Part shown: piece by piece, positions 18,498-27,947 of the stretch
Numbering within the stretch: position 1 is the stretch's first letter
Layout: each line of letters begins with the position of its first letter
Assembly: GCA_015488215.1 (NCBI GenBank)
Contig: WFOE01000088.1
Location: forward strand, 5,646 to 69,645
Source of the DNA: Planctomycetales bacterium
GTDB taxonomy: Bacteria; Planctomycetota; Planctomycetia; Pirellulales; S012-138
Direction: 5' to 3'
DNA length: 64,000 nucleotides
The notes under the pieces: model-generated
What the model was told of the DNA's origin: nothing
Databases searched by the model: none
The model's input: the letters and a program-made list of their open reading frames with translations, nothing else
Program-made: the position numbers and the translations under genes

Positions 18498-19622
18498 ATG
18501 AACCAACACGGTGTGCAAACCCTGAGCGTCGAGCTCCCCCAGGGCGGTTATCCGATCTGGATTGGTACCGGGCTGCTGGAACAGCTCGGCACGCGGCTGG
18601 CCGGGCTCGGTTCGACTACCGCCGCCGTGCTAGTGGCCGACGCGAACGTGGCCCGACTCTACGCCGAGCCGGTGGAGCGAAGCCTGCGCACCTGGGCCCC
18701 CCGGGTGCACCGGCTGGTCGTCCCCCCGGGCGAGGAGAGCAAATCGGTCCGCCAGGCCCAAGAGCTTTGGCAACAGATGCTCCAGTTGCGCGTGGATCGC
18801 CGGGCGGTGGTCGTGGCCCTGGGCGGCGGCGTCACCGGCGATTTGGCCGGATTCGTGGCGGCCACTTTCGCCCGGGGGCTGCGATTCGTCCAGGTGCCCA
18901 CCACGCTGCTGGCCCAGGTGGACAGTTCCGTCGGGGGCAAAGTGGGCATCAACCTGCCGGGAGCGAAAAACATCGTCGGAGCCTTCTGGCAGCCGCTGGC
19001 CGTGCTGATTGACACCGCCGTGCTGGACTCGCTGCCGGAAAACCAATACCGGGCCGGGCTGGCCGAAGTGGTCAAGTACGGCGTGATTCTGGACGAAGCG
19101 TTCTTCGCCTACCTGGAACAGAACGTACCGGCCATCCAGGCTCGCGAACCGCACGTGCTCCGGCAAATCATCGCCCGCAGTTGCCAACTGAAAGCCCAGG
19201 TGGTGGCCGCCGACGAGCGGGAAACCTCGGGTCATCGGGCCGTGCTCAACTACGGCCACACGTTCGCCCATGCCTTGGAATCCGCGGGCGAGTATTCCCG
19301 GTGGCTCCACGGCGAAGCGGTGGCCGTGGGCATGAACTGCGCGGCGCTGCTGGCCCGGCGGCTCGGACGCGTGGACCAGCCGTTCTGCTTGCGCCAGGCC
19401 CGACTGCTGGAACAACTGGGCCTGCCGGTCCGGCTGCCGTCGGACCTGGACCACCGCCGGCTGCTGGAGCTGATGTACCACGACAAAAAAGCCCAGGCCG
19501 GCCGATTGCGATTCGTGCTCCCCAGCCGCCTGGGACACGTGGAGCTGGTCGACAACGTGCCGGAGAGCGAAGTCCTCCAGGCACTCCGCGAGGCCCAGGA
19601 GTTCTCCTCAGCGGCCAATTGA
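18498..19622 (+). CDS. aroB: 3-dehydroquinate synthase
   Basis: GGGVTGDLAGFVAATFARGLRFVQVPTTLLAQVDSSVGGKVGIN and NYGHTFAHALE motifs. ATG 18498 preferred to TTG 18480. Confidence 0.92.
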   Translation: MNQHGVQTLSVELPQGGYPIWIGTGLLEQLGTRLAGLGSTTAAVLVADANVARLYAEPVERSLRTWAPRVHRLVVPPGEESKSVRQAQELWQQMLQLRVDRRAVVVALGGGVTGDLAGFVAATFARGLRFVQVPTTLLAQVDSSVGGKVGINLPGAKNIVGAFWQPLAVLIDTAVLDSLPENQYRAGLAEVVKYGVILDEAFFAYLEQNVPAIQAREPHVLRQIIARSCQLKAQVVAADERETSGHRAVLNYGHTFAHALESAGEYSRWLHGEAVAVGMNCAALLARRLGRVDQPFCLRQARLLEQLGLPVRLPSDLDHRRLLELMYHDKKAQAGRLRFVLPSRLGHVELVDNVPESEVLQALREAQEFSSAAN

Positions 19623-19805
19623 CCCCGACACCGAAAAACTGCCCAAGCGAAACCGGCAGAGCACACTCTATTTGCAGGTGTGGTCCAGACCTGTGGCAAG
19701 CAGTCTCCTCGCTATTCCCAATCCCAAGAAGGCAGCAGAGGGTGTCGTTGCCCGATCCGGAGGCAAGACGACAAGACGAGAAGCAGAGTGCAGAAGGCAC
19801 GGGGG

Positions 19806-20810
19806 TTAGCCACACTTGCGAAATCGCCTGCGCGGGAAGGGGAGAATCATGCCTTGCATCCCACGCCACCAGAGCCGCAGCGTGGAGTCGGCTTCTGTCC
19901 GCGGGCGGGAATAGCGGAGCGCGTTGCGGTACGCCCGGCGCGTCCAGCGGCGTAGCCTCGGGTCCGGACTGGTGGAAAACCGCTCCGAAAGGCGATCTGC
20001 CAGGTCCAGCAGTCTCCGCCGCGAAAGCCCGGGCCCCAATTCTGCGTATTTCTCCACACCCACCAACAACCGTAACACCATGGCCTCCTGTTCCGAATCG
20101 GCCAGACCGGCAGCCAGCAGATTGCGTATGCTGATTCGCCGTACTTCGGCCAGTTGTTCCATCTGGCGGCTCCCGGTGATTGAGTGCAGATGCACCCGAT
20201 ACTGCAACAGCGCCTGGGGACAGCTGGCCAGTTGGCCGTGGCGTGCCATGCGGCTGAACAGCTCGTAGTCGTGAGCGTAACGGAACGAGGTGTCGTAGCC
20301 GCCGGCGCGCAGCCAGGCGTCGCGTCGCAGCATGGTGGCCGGGTGGGCCATCGGGCACTTGAACAGCAGACGCAACCGCAAGGAGAGATCGTCGCACGCT
20401 TCACGACGGCGATGCAGAGGTGCTTCCTGGGCATCGATGCACTGGATCGCGGAACCGACCAGCACCAGTTCCGGCCGCTGCCGGAACAGACTTTCCTGAA
20501 GTTCCAGTCGGCGGGGATGACATATATCGTCCGAATCGAGCACGGCCACCAGAGTGCAGTCGGTGGCCTGAATCCCGCGGTTCATCGCCACGGTGGTGCC
20601 GGCGTGTTCCTGGGCAATCCAGCGTAATGGCAACCGATACCGCCGCCGGCAGCGAGCGACCACCTCGGCCGTCTCGTCGGTCGAACCGTCGTCCACCACA
20701 ATCAGTTCGTCCGGTTGCCGTGTTTGCGCTGCCACGGAAGCAAGCGTCTGCGCAACGTAAGTGGCGCGGTTGTAAACCGGAATGACAACAGCAATGGACT
20801 CGCGGTGCAT
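19806..20810 (-). CDS. glycosyltransferase family 2
   Basis: VVIPVYNRATYVAQTLASVAAQT...ELIVVDDGSTDET and a DSDD motif. No C-terminal TM helices. Confidence 0.88.
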   Translation of the reverse strand: MHRESIAVVIPVYNRATYVAQTLASVAAQTRQPDELIVVDDGSTDETAEVVARCRRRYRLPLRWIAQEHAGTTVAMNRGIQATDCTLVAVLDSDDICHPRRLELQESLFRQRPELVLVGSAIQCIDAQEAPLHRRREACDDLSLRLRLLFKCPMAHPATMLRRDAWLRAGGYDTSFRYAHDYELFSRMARHGQLASCPQALLQYRVHLHSITGSRQMEQLAEVRRISIRNLLAAGLADSEQEAMVLRLLVGVEKYAELGPGLSRRRLLDLADRLSERFSTSPDPRLRRWTRRAYRNALRYSRPRTEADSTLRLWWRGMQGMILPFPRRRFRKCG

Positions 20811-21069
20811 CCTGGTATCCGCGGAATCTCGAAAAGCCGATTCTCTCGGTGCGACAAACCCAGGTGGCGGATTCTATCCGGAGGCTTGCCAACGCCACCA
20901 CTCGAGTGCGGCCAGCAATGCCAGCAGAACGAGGCTTTCTGGATTGACCTCCCAGGCGGCAAAAGCACTTGCTCAAGATACCAGGAGTCCAGCCCATAAA
21001 GCGAAACTCTCCGCAGGCAATTGGCCTCCGCGTGGCACAGCCTCTGCTGGCACCGTGTGCTAGCTGCTC

Positions 21070-22299
21070 TTGACTCCCCGGCTGCCTCCGCCGCAGTATT
21101 TGGAGGCCATGTTCGGACTGACGCGCATCATCCCCCGCTACGTGCTGGGGGAATTGCTCCGGGTGTTCTTGATGGCTCTGGCCTGTATGACCGGGCTAGT
21201 GCTGTTGTTTGGCATTGCGCGGGAAGCGCTGCGCGAAGGGCTGGGTGGTGCGCAGGTGCTGCGGCTGGTCCCCTACCTGCTCCCCGACGCGCTTCGGTTC
21301 ACCATCCCCGGCACGGTGCTCTTTGCCGTTTCGGTCGTGTACGGGCGGATTGCCGGCACGAACGAGCTGCTGGCCCTCAAGAGCCTGGGCATCAACCCTT
21401 TGACGGTGCTCGTGCCGGCTTACGTGCTGTCCTTTGTGCTGAGCCTGGTTACGGTGTTGTTGAGCGATATTGCCGTTTCCTGGGGCCGCAGCGGCGTGCG
21501 CCGCGTGGTGTTGGAAGCAATCGAGCAGATTGCCTACAGCCGTTTGCAGTTGAACCGGTCGTACAGCACCCCGGCGTTTTCGATTAACGTGAAGGACGTC
21601 CAGGGCAAGAAGCTCATCCGGCCGGTCATTTCCATCTACGACCGCAAGCGGAAGAAGAACATCACCATCAACAGCCGCTATGCGGAGCTGGATTCCGACG
21701 GCAAGGTGCTCATCTTCCGCTGCTACGACGGCCGGGTGGACGTGCAGGGGGAGCTCTCCTACCGGTTCCCCGACGTGATGGAGCGCGAAATCCCGCTGGA
21801 ACAGTTCAAATCGGTCGGCGGGACGGTCAGCCCCTCCTGGCTTTCGCTGCGGCAGGTGCGGGTGGAGTTGGTCAAGGTACAGCAGGATATCCGCGAACTG
21901 GAAGACGAACTGGCCCTCAAAGGAGTAACCCAACTGCTGGCGATGGATCTGGGCGCCTTGTTTTCCAAAGAGTGGAAGACCAACTATCGGGAACGGGACA
22001 ACCTGTACTTTCTCTACCACCGACTACGGACCGAGCCGCCCCGGCGTTGGGCCGGAGGGTTCAGTTGTTTCTGCTTCGCCCTGGTCGGTTCCGGCGTGGC
22101 CATCCGGCGGCGAAACGCCACAGTGATGGGCAGCTTTTTCCTGTGTTTTCTGCCGGTTCTGCTGGTCTATTACCCGCTGCTGGCCTTTGGTGTCCAACAG
22201 GCCAAAAACGGCACACTCCCCCCCTATGTGGTCTGGCTGGGCAACGTGGTCATGCTGGCAGCCGGCTTGTGGATTCTGCGGAAAGTGCTGCGGTACTGA
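21070..22299 (+). CDS. LptF/LptG-family (YjgP/YjgQ) permease
   Basis: IIPRYVLGELLRVFLMALACMTGLVLL N-terminus, three N-terminal TMs, a periplasmic beta-jellyroll-like insert and three C-terminal TMs. Start uncertain (TTG 21070 or ATG 21109). Confidence 0.82.
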   Translation: MTPRLPPPQYLEAMFGLTRIIPRYVLGELLRVFLMALACMTGLVLLFGIAREALREGLGGAQVLRLVPYLLPDALRFTIPGTVLFAVSVVYGRIAGTNELLALKSLGINPLTVLVPAYVLSFVLSLVTVLLSDIAVSWGRSGVRRVVLEAIEQIAYSRLQLNRSYSTPAFSINVKDVQGKKLIRPVISIYDRKRKKNITINSRYAELDSDGKVLIFRCYDGRVDVQGELSYRFPDVMEREIPLEQFKSVGGTVSPSWLSLRQVRVELVKVQQDIRELEDELALKGVTQLLAMDLGALFSKEWKTNYRERDNLYFLYHRLRTEPPRRWAGGFSCFCFALVGSGVAIRRRNATVMGSFFLCFLPVLLVYYPLLAFGVQQAKNGTLPPYVVWLGNVVMLAAGLWILRKVLRY

Positions 22300-22363
22300 T
22301 TCCCCGCCGGCGTCGGCGCCTCGACGGACCCAACTCCTCGGCTGGCCAAGGACGGCTTGAACC

Positions 22364-24040
22364 ATGCAACACGAGCAACCGGACGTACTGCTGCCGCAAG
22401 AGTTCTGGAGCCGCGACGGGTTTCGCCTCGATGCTCGCTGGCAGCGCCGATTGGTGGCGGCGTTGCTGGTGCTGGGAGTGGTGCTTCGCGTGGTGCGGTA
22501 CGCGCTGCCGTTTCCGCTCTGGGGCGACGAGTGCATGCTGGCGGTGAACTTCATCGACCGCTCGTTTGCCGACATGCTCCGCCCGCTGGAATACCATCAG
22601 ATCGCCCCCTTGGGCTTCCTTTGGGCCGAGTTGGCCGCCGTGAAGTTGCTGGGCTTTCAGGCCTGGAGCCTGCACTTGTTTCCCACGCTCTGTTCGCTGG
22701 CCGGGTTGTTTCTGTTCGCCTGGGTGGCTTCGCGGCTGATGAACGGCTGGCCGCTGGTGCTGGCCGTGGGCACGCTGGCCGTGGCGTACTACCCGATCCG
22801 CCACGGCGCCGAAGTGAAACAATACGCCTGCGACCTGTTGATGTCGGTCCTGCTGCTGGCCCTGGCCCTGCGCTGGTATCAGACGCCCCGGCAAGCGAGG
22901 TGGCTCTGGTTGCTGGTACCGGTGGTGCCGGTGGCGCTGGTGTTTTCGCTGCCGGTGGTCTTCGTGGCCGGTGGCGTGAGCCTGTTCGTGTTGTGGGTCT
23001 TCTGGCGCCGCGCCGGCTGGCACGCTCGGCTGCTTGTGCCCTGGCTGGTTTATAACGTGGTGCTGGTGGCGGCGTTTGGGCTGCTGATGCTGGTGTTCAT
23101 CAAGCGGCACTACACGCCCGAGGTGAGCCACGGCGTGGCGGCCTGGTGGCGCGAGGCGTTCCCCCCCTGGAGCCAACCGGCCCGGCTGCCCTTGTGGTTC
23201 GTCAAGATCCACTTCGGCCGGATGTTTTCCTACCCCCTAGGCGGCAAGGACGGAGGAAGCACGCTCACCACGGTGGGATTCATCCTCGGGCTGGCGGTCC
23301 TGGCGCGCCACCCTCGCACGCGGCCGTTGCTCGTGTTGTTTCTGGCCCCCTTCGGCTTGGCCCTGGTAGCGGCTACGCTGCGCCGCTATCCGTACGGGGC
23401 CAGCGCCCGCACGATGCTCTACCTGGCCCCGGCAATCATTCTGGTCGCCTCGGTCGGTTGGGCCTGGCTGCTGCACCGCCTGGCCGTGTGGCTCAAGGCC
23501 CCCCGGCTGTTGTGGGTCGGCGTCGGCTCCACGGCGGCACTGGGAGCCGGATTGCTACTGCACATGGCCATGCAACCGTACAAGACGCCCTACGACCGGG
23601 ACCACGACCATTTCGCCCGCTGGTTCTGGACCCAAATGAGCTACCAGGCCGAGGTCGTTTGCGTGGAAACCGAGCTGGGCCGGGAACTGTTCGGCGGCCG
23701 GTGGACTTCCTTTGCACCAGAGTACCGCTGCTACATGCACCTGTATTCCCCCAGGCACCGGCGCCGGGAGCCGCCCCGGTGGCACGAGGTATCGGCGGCC
23801 CATCCGCTTCGCTGCGTGGTACTTTCGGCCCAGCATGTACCTTACGATCGGGCGGCACTGCGCCGCTGGTTGCAGCAGATGCAAGCGCACTACGCCCTGG
23901 TCAACTACGACGTGTTTCCCATCAATCCGCATACCGATCACTTCTACGCCCGGCGATACGAAGTTTACGAGTTCGTTCCCCGAGACCAGGTGGCCCAGTA
24001 CCGCAGGCCGTTCGATCCCCAGACGCCCCGGCTCCGCTAA
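22364..24040 (+). CDS. polytopic membrane glycosyltransferase, GT39/PMT_2 (ArnT-like) family
   Basis: 558 aa; RRLVAALLVLGVVLRVVRYALPFPLWGDECML..., at least 9 hydrophobic helices, then a ~150-aa soluble C-terminal domain. Confidence 0.75.
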   Translation: MQHEQPDVLLPQEFWSRDGFRLDARWQRRLVAALLVLGVVLRVVRYALPFPLWGDECMLAVNFIDRSFADMLRPLEYHQIAPLGFLWAELAAVKLLGFQAWSLHLFPTLCSLAGLFLFAWVASRLMNGWPLVLAVGTLAVAYYPIRHGAEVKQYACDLLMSVLLLALALRWYQTPRQARWLWLLVPVVPVALVFSLPVVFVAGGVSLFVLWVFWRRAGWHARLLVPWLVYNVVLVAAFGLLMLVFIKRHYTPEVSHGVAAWWREAFPPWSQPARLPLWFVKIHFGRMFSYPLGGKDGGSTLTTVGFILGLAVLARHPRTRPLLVLFLAPFGLALVAATLRRYPYGASARTMLYLAPAIILVASVGWAWLLHRLAVWLKAPRLLWVGVGSTAALGAGLLLHMAMQPYKTPYDRDHDHFARWFWTQMSYQAEVVCVETELGRELFGGRWTSFAPEYRCYMHLYSPRHRRREPPRWHEVSAAHPLRCVVLSAQHVPYDRAALRRWLQQMQAHYALVNYDVFPINPHTDHFYARRYEVYEFVPRDQVAQYRRPFDPQTPRLR

Positions 24041-24159
24041 GCCAAAGAGGAAGGACACCCCCGGGGCGGACCGATCTATAAGCTAGGCTGGCAATAGGGG
24101 GCTTGCCGTCCCTCTGGCCACAGAAGCCGTTGCGCGGACCACCCACGGGGGGAAAGTTC

Positions 24160-24798
24160 ATGAGCCGCTGGAACACTTCGTGCTGCCTGGCCTTGGGAGT
24201 GCTGGCACTGCTGCTTGCAGGAGAAAGTGCCGCCCGGGCCGCCAAAAAGGAAAAGATTCCCAGCCGGGAAGAGCTCAAGAAGGCGGTTGATTTGTTCTTT
24301 GCCCGCCGGGCCGACTACGAACCGCAGGGGATGATCCTCCGTTCGCACGTGGAAGAGCTGCTTGAGGACTTCCGCCGCCGCGGCTGGAAAGTGCCCTACG
24401 CCCGCACCATCCTCATCCGCACCGTTCAGGACGACGAATACCTGGCCGAAAAACTCTACACCGCCCGCGGTCGGAAGTTCATGCGCCGCGTGGCCAAGTA
24501 CGAACACGCCTTCGACATCATGGACCGGCTGATTAAAATCCCCGACGGCAAGAAGATTCTGAGCCGACTCATCAACGAACCAGGCGGCAGCAAGCTCATC
24601 AAGTACATGGCCACCGACAAAGGAGGCAAGAATCTCCAAAAAATGCTGACCCGCGTCCCCGGCGGCAAGAACTTCATGGAGCCCACGGGCCGCATCTACA
24701 CCAAGGAGCAGTTGCTCGAAGAGCTGGACAAACGCTTCGAGAAAAAACGCCGCGCGGCCAAGTCGCGGAAGATGAAAAACCGCTTTTCCCGACGGTAG
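24160..24798 (+). CDS. secreted Lys-rich hypothetical protein
   Basis: ATG 24160 gives signal peptide MSRWNTSCCLALGVLALLLAGESAARA. The mature part is very Lys/Arg/Glu-rich and locally lower in GC. Confidence 0.65.
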   Translation: MSRWNTSCCLALGVLALLLAGESAARAAKKEKIPSREELKKAVDLFFARRADYEPQGMILRSHVEELLEDFRRRGWKVPYARTILIRTVQDDEYLAEKLYTARGRKFMRRVAKYEHAFDIMDRLIKIPDGKKILSRLINEPGGSKLIKYMATDKGGKNLQKMLTRVPGGKNFMEPTGRIYTKEQLLEELDKRFEKKRRAAKSRKMKNRFSRR

Positions 24799-24837
24799 CC
24801 ACGGTGCCAAGGCAAGAATCAACCCAAAGCACCGGTT

Positions 24838-25041
24838 CTCCCCGGACTGAAGTCCGGGGCTCGCCAAATTGCTCGACTAGCCCATTGCTTGACGGCATCT
24901 GCCGGCAATCTTGCCGCGGCGCGTGGTGAGCGATCGCCGTAAGTTCCTGGCGGCCCAAGACGCAAGCCACAAAACCCAGGACCCTTTTTGGCCGGGGCTC
25001 GCCGAAGCACCGAGTAGGATCGTCTGCTGGTGTGTTCAAAG
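24838..25041. repeat. mosaic hairpin-repeat family copy (site R2)
   Basis: ctccccggac-tgaa-gtccggggctcgcc hairpin unit; degenerate CAAGAC run (cccaagacgcaagcc); a ggccggggctcgccgaagcaccgagt...ttcaaag block matching 53141-53195. Confidence 0.75.
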
Positions 25042-25058
25042 GCGAGTGGCTTGGTACC

Positions 25059-25961
25059 CTAACGCTGTACTTCCTGGCGGAATTGTTCTGCCAGGCGGAG
25101 CAGTTGGTCCACGCTCAGTTCTTCGGCCCGGCACTCGGGCGGCAGCTCTAGTTCGGCAAGCAGTTGGTCTACCCGGGCTTTGGGCATTTGCTTGCGATAC
25201 TGGCTTTGCAACACGCCGCGGAGCAACTTGCGGCGATGCAGGAACACTTGCCGCACGAACTGGTGGAAAAAGTCCAGGTCGGGGATTCGCTTGCGAAGCT
25301 CCGGGACGAACTGGATCTGCAAGATGGCCGAGCTGACCGCCGGCCGGGGCCAGAAGGCCGAAGGAGGCAGCGTCCGCACGCACCGGGCGTGGGCCTGACA
25401 CTGCACCCACACGCTCAACGCTCCGTAGTCCTTTGTGCCGGGCGAAGCCGTGATGCGGTCGGCCAGCTCCTTTTGAATCGTGACGGTCATCGTCTCCGGA
25501 GGCCGAGCCAACGCAAGCAGATTGCTTATCACGGGCGTGGCCACACAGTAGGGCAGATTGGCCACCAGCAGAAAACGGCCCGCCCCCTGGCTCAACTGCT
25601 GCTCTACTTCTTCCAGCAGGTTGGGGGCCAGTTGGTTTTTGTTCTTCAGAGCGTCCTGGCACAGCAGCGTCAGGTTTTCGGCCCCGTGGAGTTCTTCACG
25701 GGCCAGTTGGTGAAGCTGCGGATCGATTTCCACGGAGATGACGTGCCGGGCCTGCTCCACCAGCCGCTGGGTGAGGGAGCCGGTGCCGGTGCCCACTTCC
25801 AGCACCACGTCCTGCGGTTCGATCTGGGCGGTGCGGACGAGCAGTTCCAGCAGGTTCAGATCGATCAGGAAGTTCTGCCCGTACTTGTTCTTGGGCCGCA
25901 CGCCCGCCTGGCGGAGCCGCTGGGTCAGGTAGCGTTGGGTTTGTCGCACGTTGCCAGCCAC
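25059..25961 (-). CDS. rsmA: 16S rRNA (adenine1518/1519-N6)-dimethyltransferase
   Basis: KNKYGQNFLID, EVGTGTGSLT and VANLPY motifs. There is no in-frame ATG, so the start is set at GTG (minus strand, 25961), 8 nt after the ribE stop. The track ORF extends spuriously to 26645. Confidence 0.9.
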   Translation of the reverse strand: MAGNVRQTQRYLTQRLRQAGVRPKNKYGQNFLIDLNLLELLVRTAQIEPQDVVLEVGTGTGSLTQRLVEQARHVISVEIDPQLHQLAREELHGAENLTLLCQDALKNKNQLAPNLLEEVEQQLSQGAGRFLLVANLPYCVATPVISNLLALARPPETMTVTIQKELADRITASPGTKDYGALSVWVQCQAHARCVRTLPPSAFWPRPAVSSAILQIQFVPELRKRIPDLDFFHQFVRQVFLHRRKLLRGVLQSQYRKQMPKARVDQLLAELELPPECRAEELSVDQLLRLAEQFRQEVQR

Positions 25962-25969
25962 GGCCGGAA

Positions 25970-26602
25970 TTACTCTTGCGCAGGAGTTTGCCGGGAAGAC
26001 TGCTCGCCGCCCAGGCGCTGGGCCAGTTGTTGTTCGACGTATTTGGCCAGCAGGTCGGTTTCCAGGTTTACCACGTCGCCTTCGCGGCGCCGGCCCAGCG
26101 TGGTAACGGCCAGCGTATGAGGAATGAGCATCACGCTGAACCGGCCCGGTTCCACGTCCACCACCGTCAGGCTCACCCCGTCCACGGCCACGCAGCCCTT
26201 GGGCACAATGTGTCCCTGGTACTGCTCTGGGAAGGAGAACCAGCAGGTGGACCACTCCTGCTGGTTCACGCGGCGGACCACCTCTCCGACGGCGTCCACG
26301 TGTCCGGTGACCAGATGGCCTCCCACCGGATCGCCCAACCGCAGGGAACGCTCCAGGTTCACGGCCTCTCCGGCCTTCAGACGACCCAGATTGGTTCGCT
26401 TCAGTGTTTCCGGGCCCAGGTCGAAGTGCAGCAGGTGGTCTTCCATTTCGACCACGGTCAGGCAGCAGCCGTTGACCGCCACGCTGCTGCCAATCTGCAC
26501 CCCCTGCCGAATCGCCCGGCCATCCACCACCAGCCGCGCCCCGGGCGACCGGTGCTCGAAACGCACCACGGGAGCCAACGTCTCGACCAGTCCGGTGAAC
26601 AT
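25970..26602 (-). CDS. ribE: riboflavin synthase alpha chain
   Basis: MFTGLVE start, duplicated lumazine-binding halves (SVAVNGCCLTV / CVAVDGVSLTV), GDVVNLE. Start ATG on minus strand at 26602. Confidence 0.92.
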   Translation of the reverse strand: MFTGLVETLAPVVRFEHRSPGARLVVDGRAIRQGVQIGSSVAVNGCCLTVVEMEDHLLHFDLGPETLKRTNLGRLKAGEAVNLERSLRLGDPVGGHLVTGHVDAVGEVVRRVNQQEWSTCWFSFPEQYQGHIVPKGCVAVDGVSLTVVDVEPGRFSVMLIPHTLAVTTLGRRREGDVVNLETDLLAKYVEQQLAQRLGGEQSSRQTPAQE

Positions 26603-27046
26603 AGGCCGCTCTTGCAACTGGAGGAACGCCGCGGGGAGGACGCACCTGAACCGGGCGGGATTTCCCGCCAGCATAGCGTGCCCCGCTGCCGGAGCGAAGC
26701 CCCGCGTTGCCGTCCGAACCCTGTCGGAAACAGCGCCAGAACAGAAAAAGCCCAGCTTCGCAGAAGCGAGCCGGGCCTTGTCATGGGCTACGCGATGGAG
26801 TAACGGGAAGGGAAAGGGATTCCTGTTTCGCCATTCTATCCAATGCTTGCCCCTTGTGCCATTGAGGATTCCCATTCCAGGGCTGCAACAAACGAACGGG
26901 CTGAGCGGGCATGGCTAAGTCGTCCGTGAAGAACAAAAGGGCCGTCAAATCAGTCCGTTGCGCAGATTTTCCATCGAAATCGCCCAACCCCACCGAGCTT
27001 GACAAGGTGGAAAAGCGATTGCTCCTGCCGGCCCGAACGGGACCAT

Positions 27047-27075
27047 TTGGCGCACGGGGCCGTTCCGGTTAGAAT
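27047..27075 (+). promoter_or_regulatory. candidate sigma70-type promoter (TTGGCG-17 nt-TAGAAT)
   Basis: Read directly; about 68 nt upstream of the ferredoxin-like gene ATG (27144). Sequence-only prediction. Confidence 0.3.
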
Positions 27076-27143
27076 CCGCCGCAAAGGCTTCCTGGGCCCG
27101 GTGCAGGAATCGACAATCGCGTCGTTGCCGAAAGGGATGTCCC

Positions 27144-27491
27144 ATGCCCATCGTCAATTTTGTCAACGAGAAAAAACAGGTCGAAGTGCCCGAGGGGGCC
27201 AACCTCCGCCGCGAGGCCCTCAAGGCCGGAGTGGAGCTGTACCCGGGCATTCACAAGTACCTGAACTGCCGCGGATTTTCGCTTTGCGGGTCCTGCCGCG
27301 TGCTGATTACCAAGGGGCGCGAGAACACCAATCCCATGACGTTGCCCGAGCGGCTGCGGCTGGCCCTGTCGTTTGCCTACATCGGCAACGAGGACAAGAT
27401 GCGGCTGGCCTGCCAGACCCGGGTTTACGGCGACATCGACGTGGTAACCCAGCCGCCGCTGAACCTCTACGGCGAGAACTTCTGGAGCTGA
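27144..27491 (+). CDS. 2Fe-2S ferredoxin-like protein
   Basis: 115 aa; Cys pattern NCRGFSLCGSCRV ... RLACQTRV (C-x5-C-x2-C ... C), in a beta-grasp-sized protein. Confidence 0.8.
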   Translation: MPIVNFVNEKKQVEVPEGANLRREALKAGVELYPGIHKYLNCRGFSLCGSCRVLITKGRENTNPMTLPERLRLALSFAYIGNEDKMRLACQTRVYGDIDVVTQPPLNLYGENFWS

Positions 27492-27517
27492 CCACCCGCT
27501 GCGAACCGGGGGAACCC

Positions 27518-27865
27518 GTGAAACAGATTATCGCCGTGGTCAAGCCGTTCCTGGCCGAACGGGTGCTCCAGGCCCTGCGCCGCGCGCCGCTGGAAGCCTG
27601 CACGGTGCGCGAAGTGAAAGGCTACGGCCGCCAGAAAAGCTACCTGGACGCCTACGGGGACACGGAGTACTCGCTAGCCTTTCTGCCCAAGGTGGAAATT
27701 TCCCTTTGGGTAGACGATACCCGGGCCCCGGAGATCATTCGCAAGATCGTCCAGGCGGCTCGCACCGGGCGCATGGGCGACGGCAAAATCTTCGTCCTTC
27801 CGGCCGCCGCGGGGGAAAGCTGCATCTTGTTGGACCAACAAACCACCGAGCAGGCTTCTTCGTAA
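27518..27865 (+). CDS. P-II family nitrogen regulatory protein
   Basis: GTG 27518. KQIIAVVKPF..., T-loop GYGRQKSYLDAYGDTEYSLAFLPK and GDGKIFVLP are canonical GlnB/GlnK features. Confidence 0.9.
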   Translation: MKQIIAVVKPFLAERVLQALRRAPLEACTVREVKGYGRQKSYLDAYGDTEYSLAFLPKVEISLWVDDTRAPEIIRKIVQAARTGRMGDGKIFVLPAAAGESCILLDQQTTEQASS

Positions 27866-27947
27866 GCCCGGGGGTTCGAACAGCGGTCGAAGTCCCCCGT
27901 CACGAACGGCAGGAACTCTCCTCGCCGACCGCAACGCCGTGTGGCCC

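Noticed and set aside
25962-26645. 5' extension of the rsmA ORF (track ORF 25059..26645, 528 aa)
   Set aside because: It overlaps ribE out of frame. The RsmA similarity begins at the GTG at 25961, 8 nt downstream of the ribE stop.
26603-26900. FMN riboswitch upstream of ribE (minus strand)
   Set aside because: Reading the reverse complement, I found only a loose GGGAAATCCCGCC-like fragment. The ordered conserved segments of the RFN element as I remember them (the GGUGAAAUUCC...CCGACGGU...AGUCCGGAUG series) are not present. An Infernal scan would settle it.
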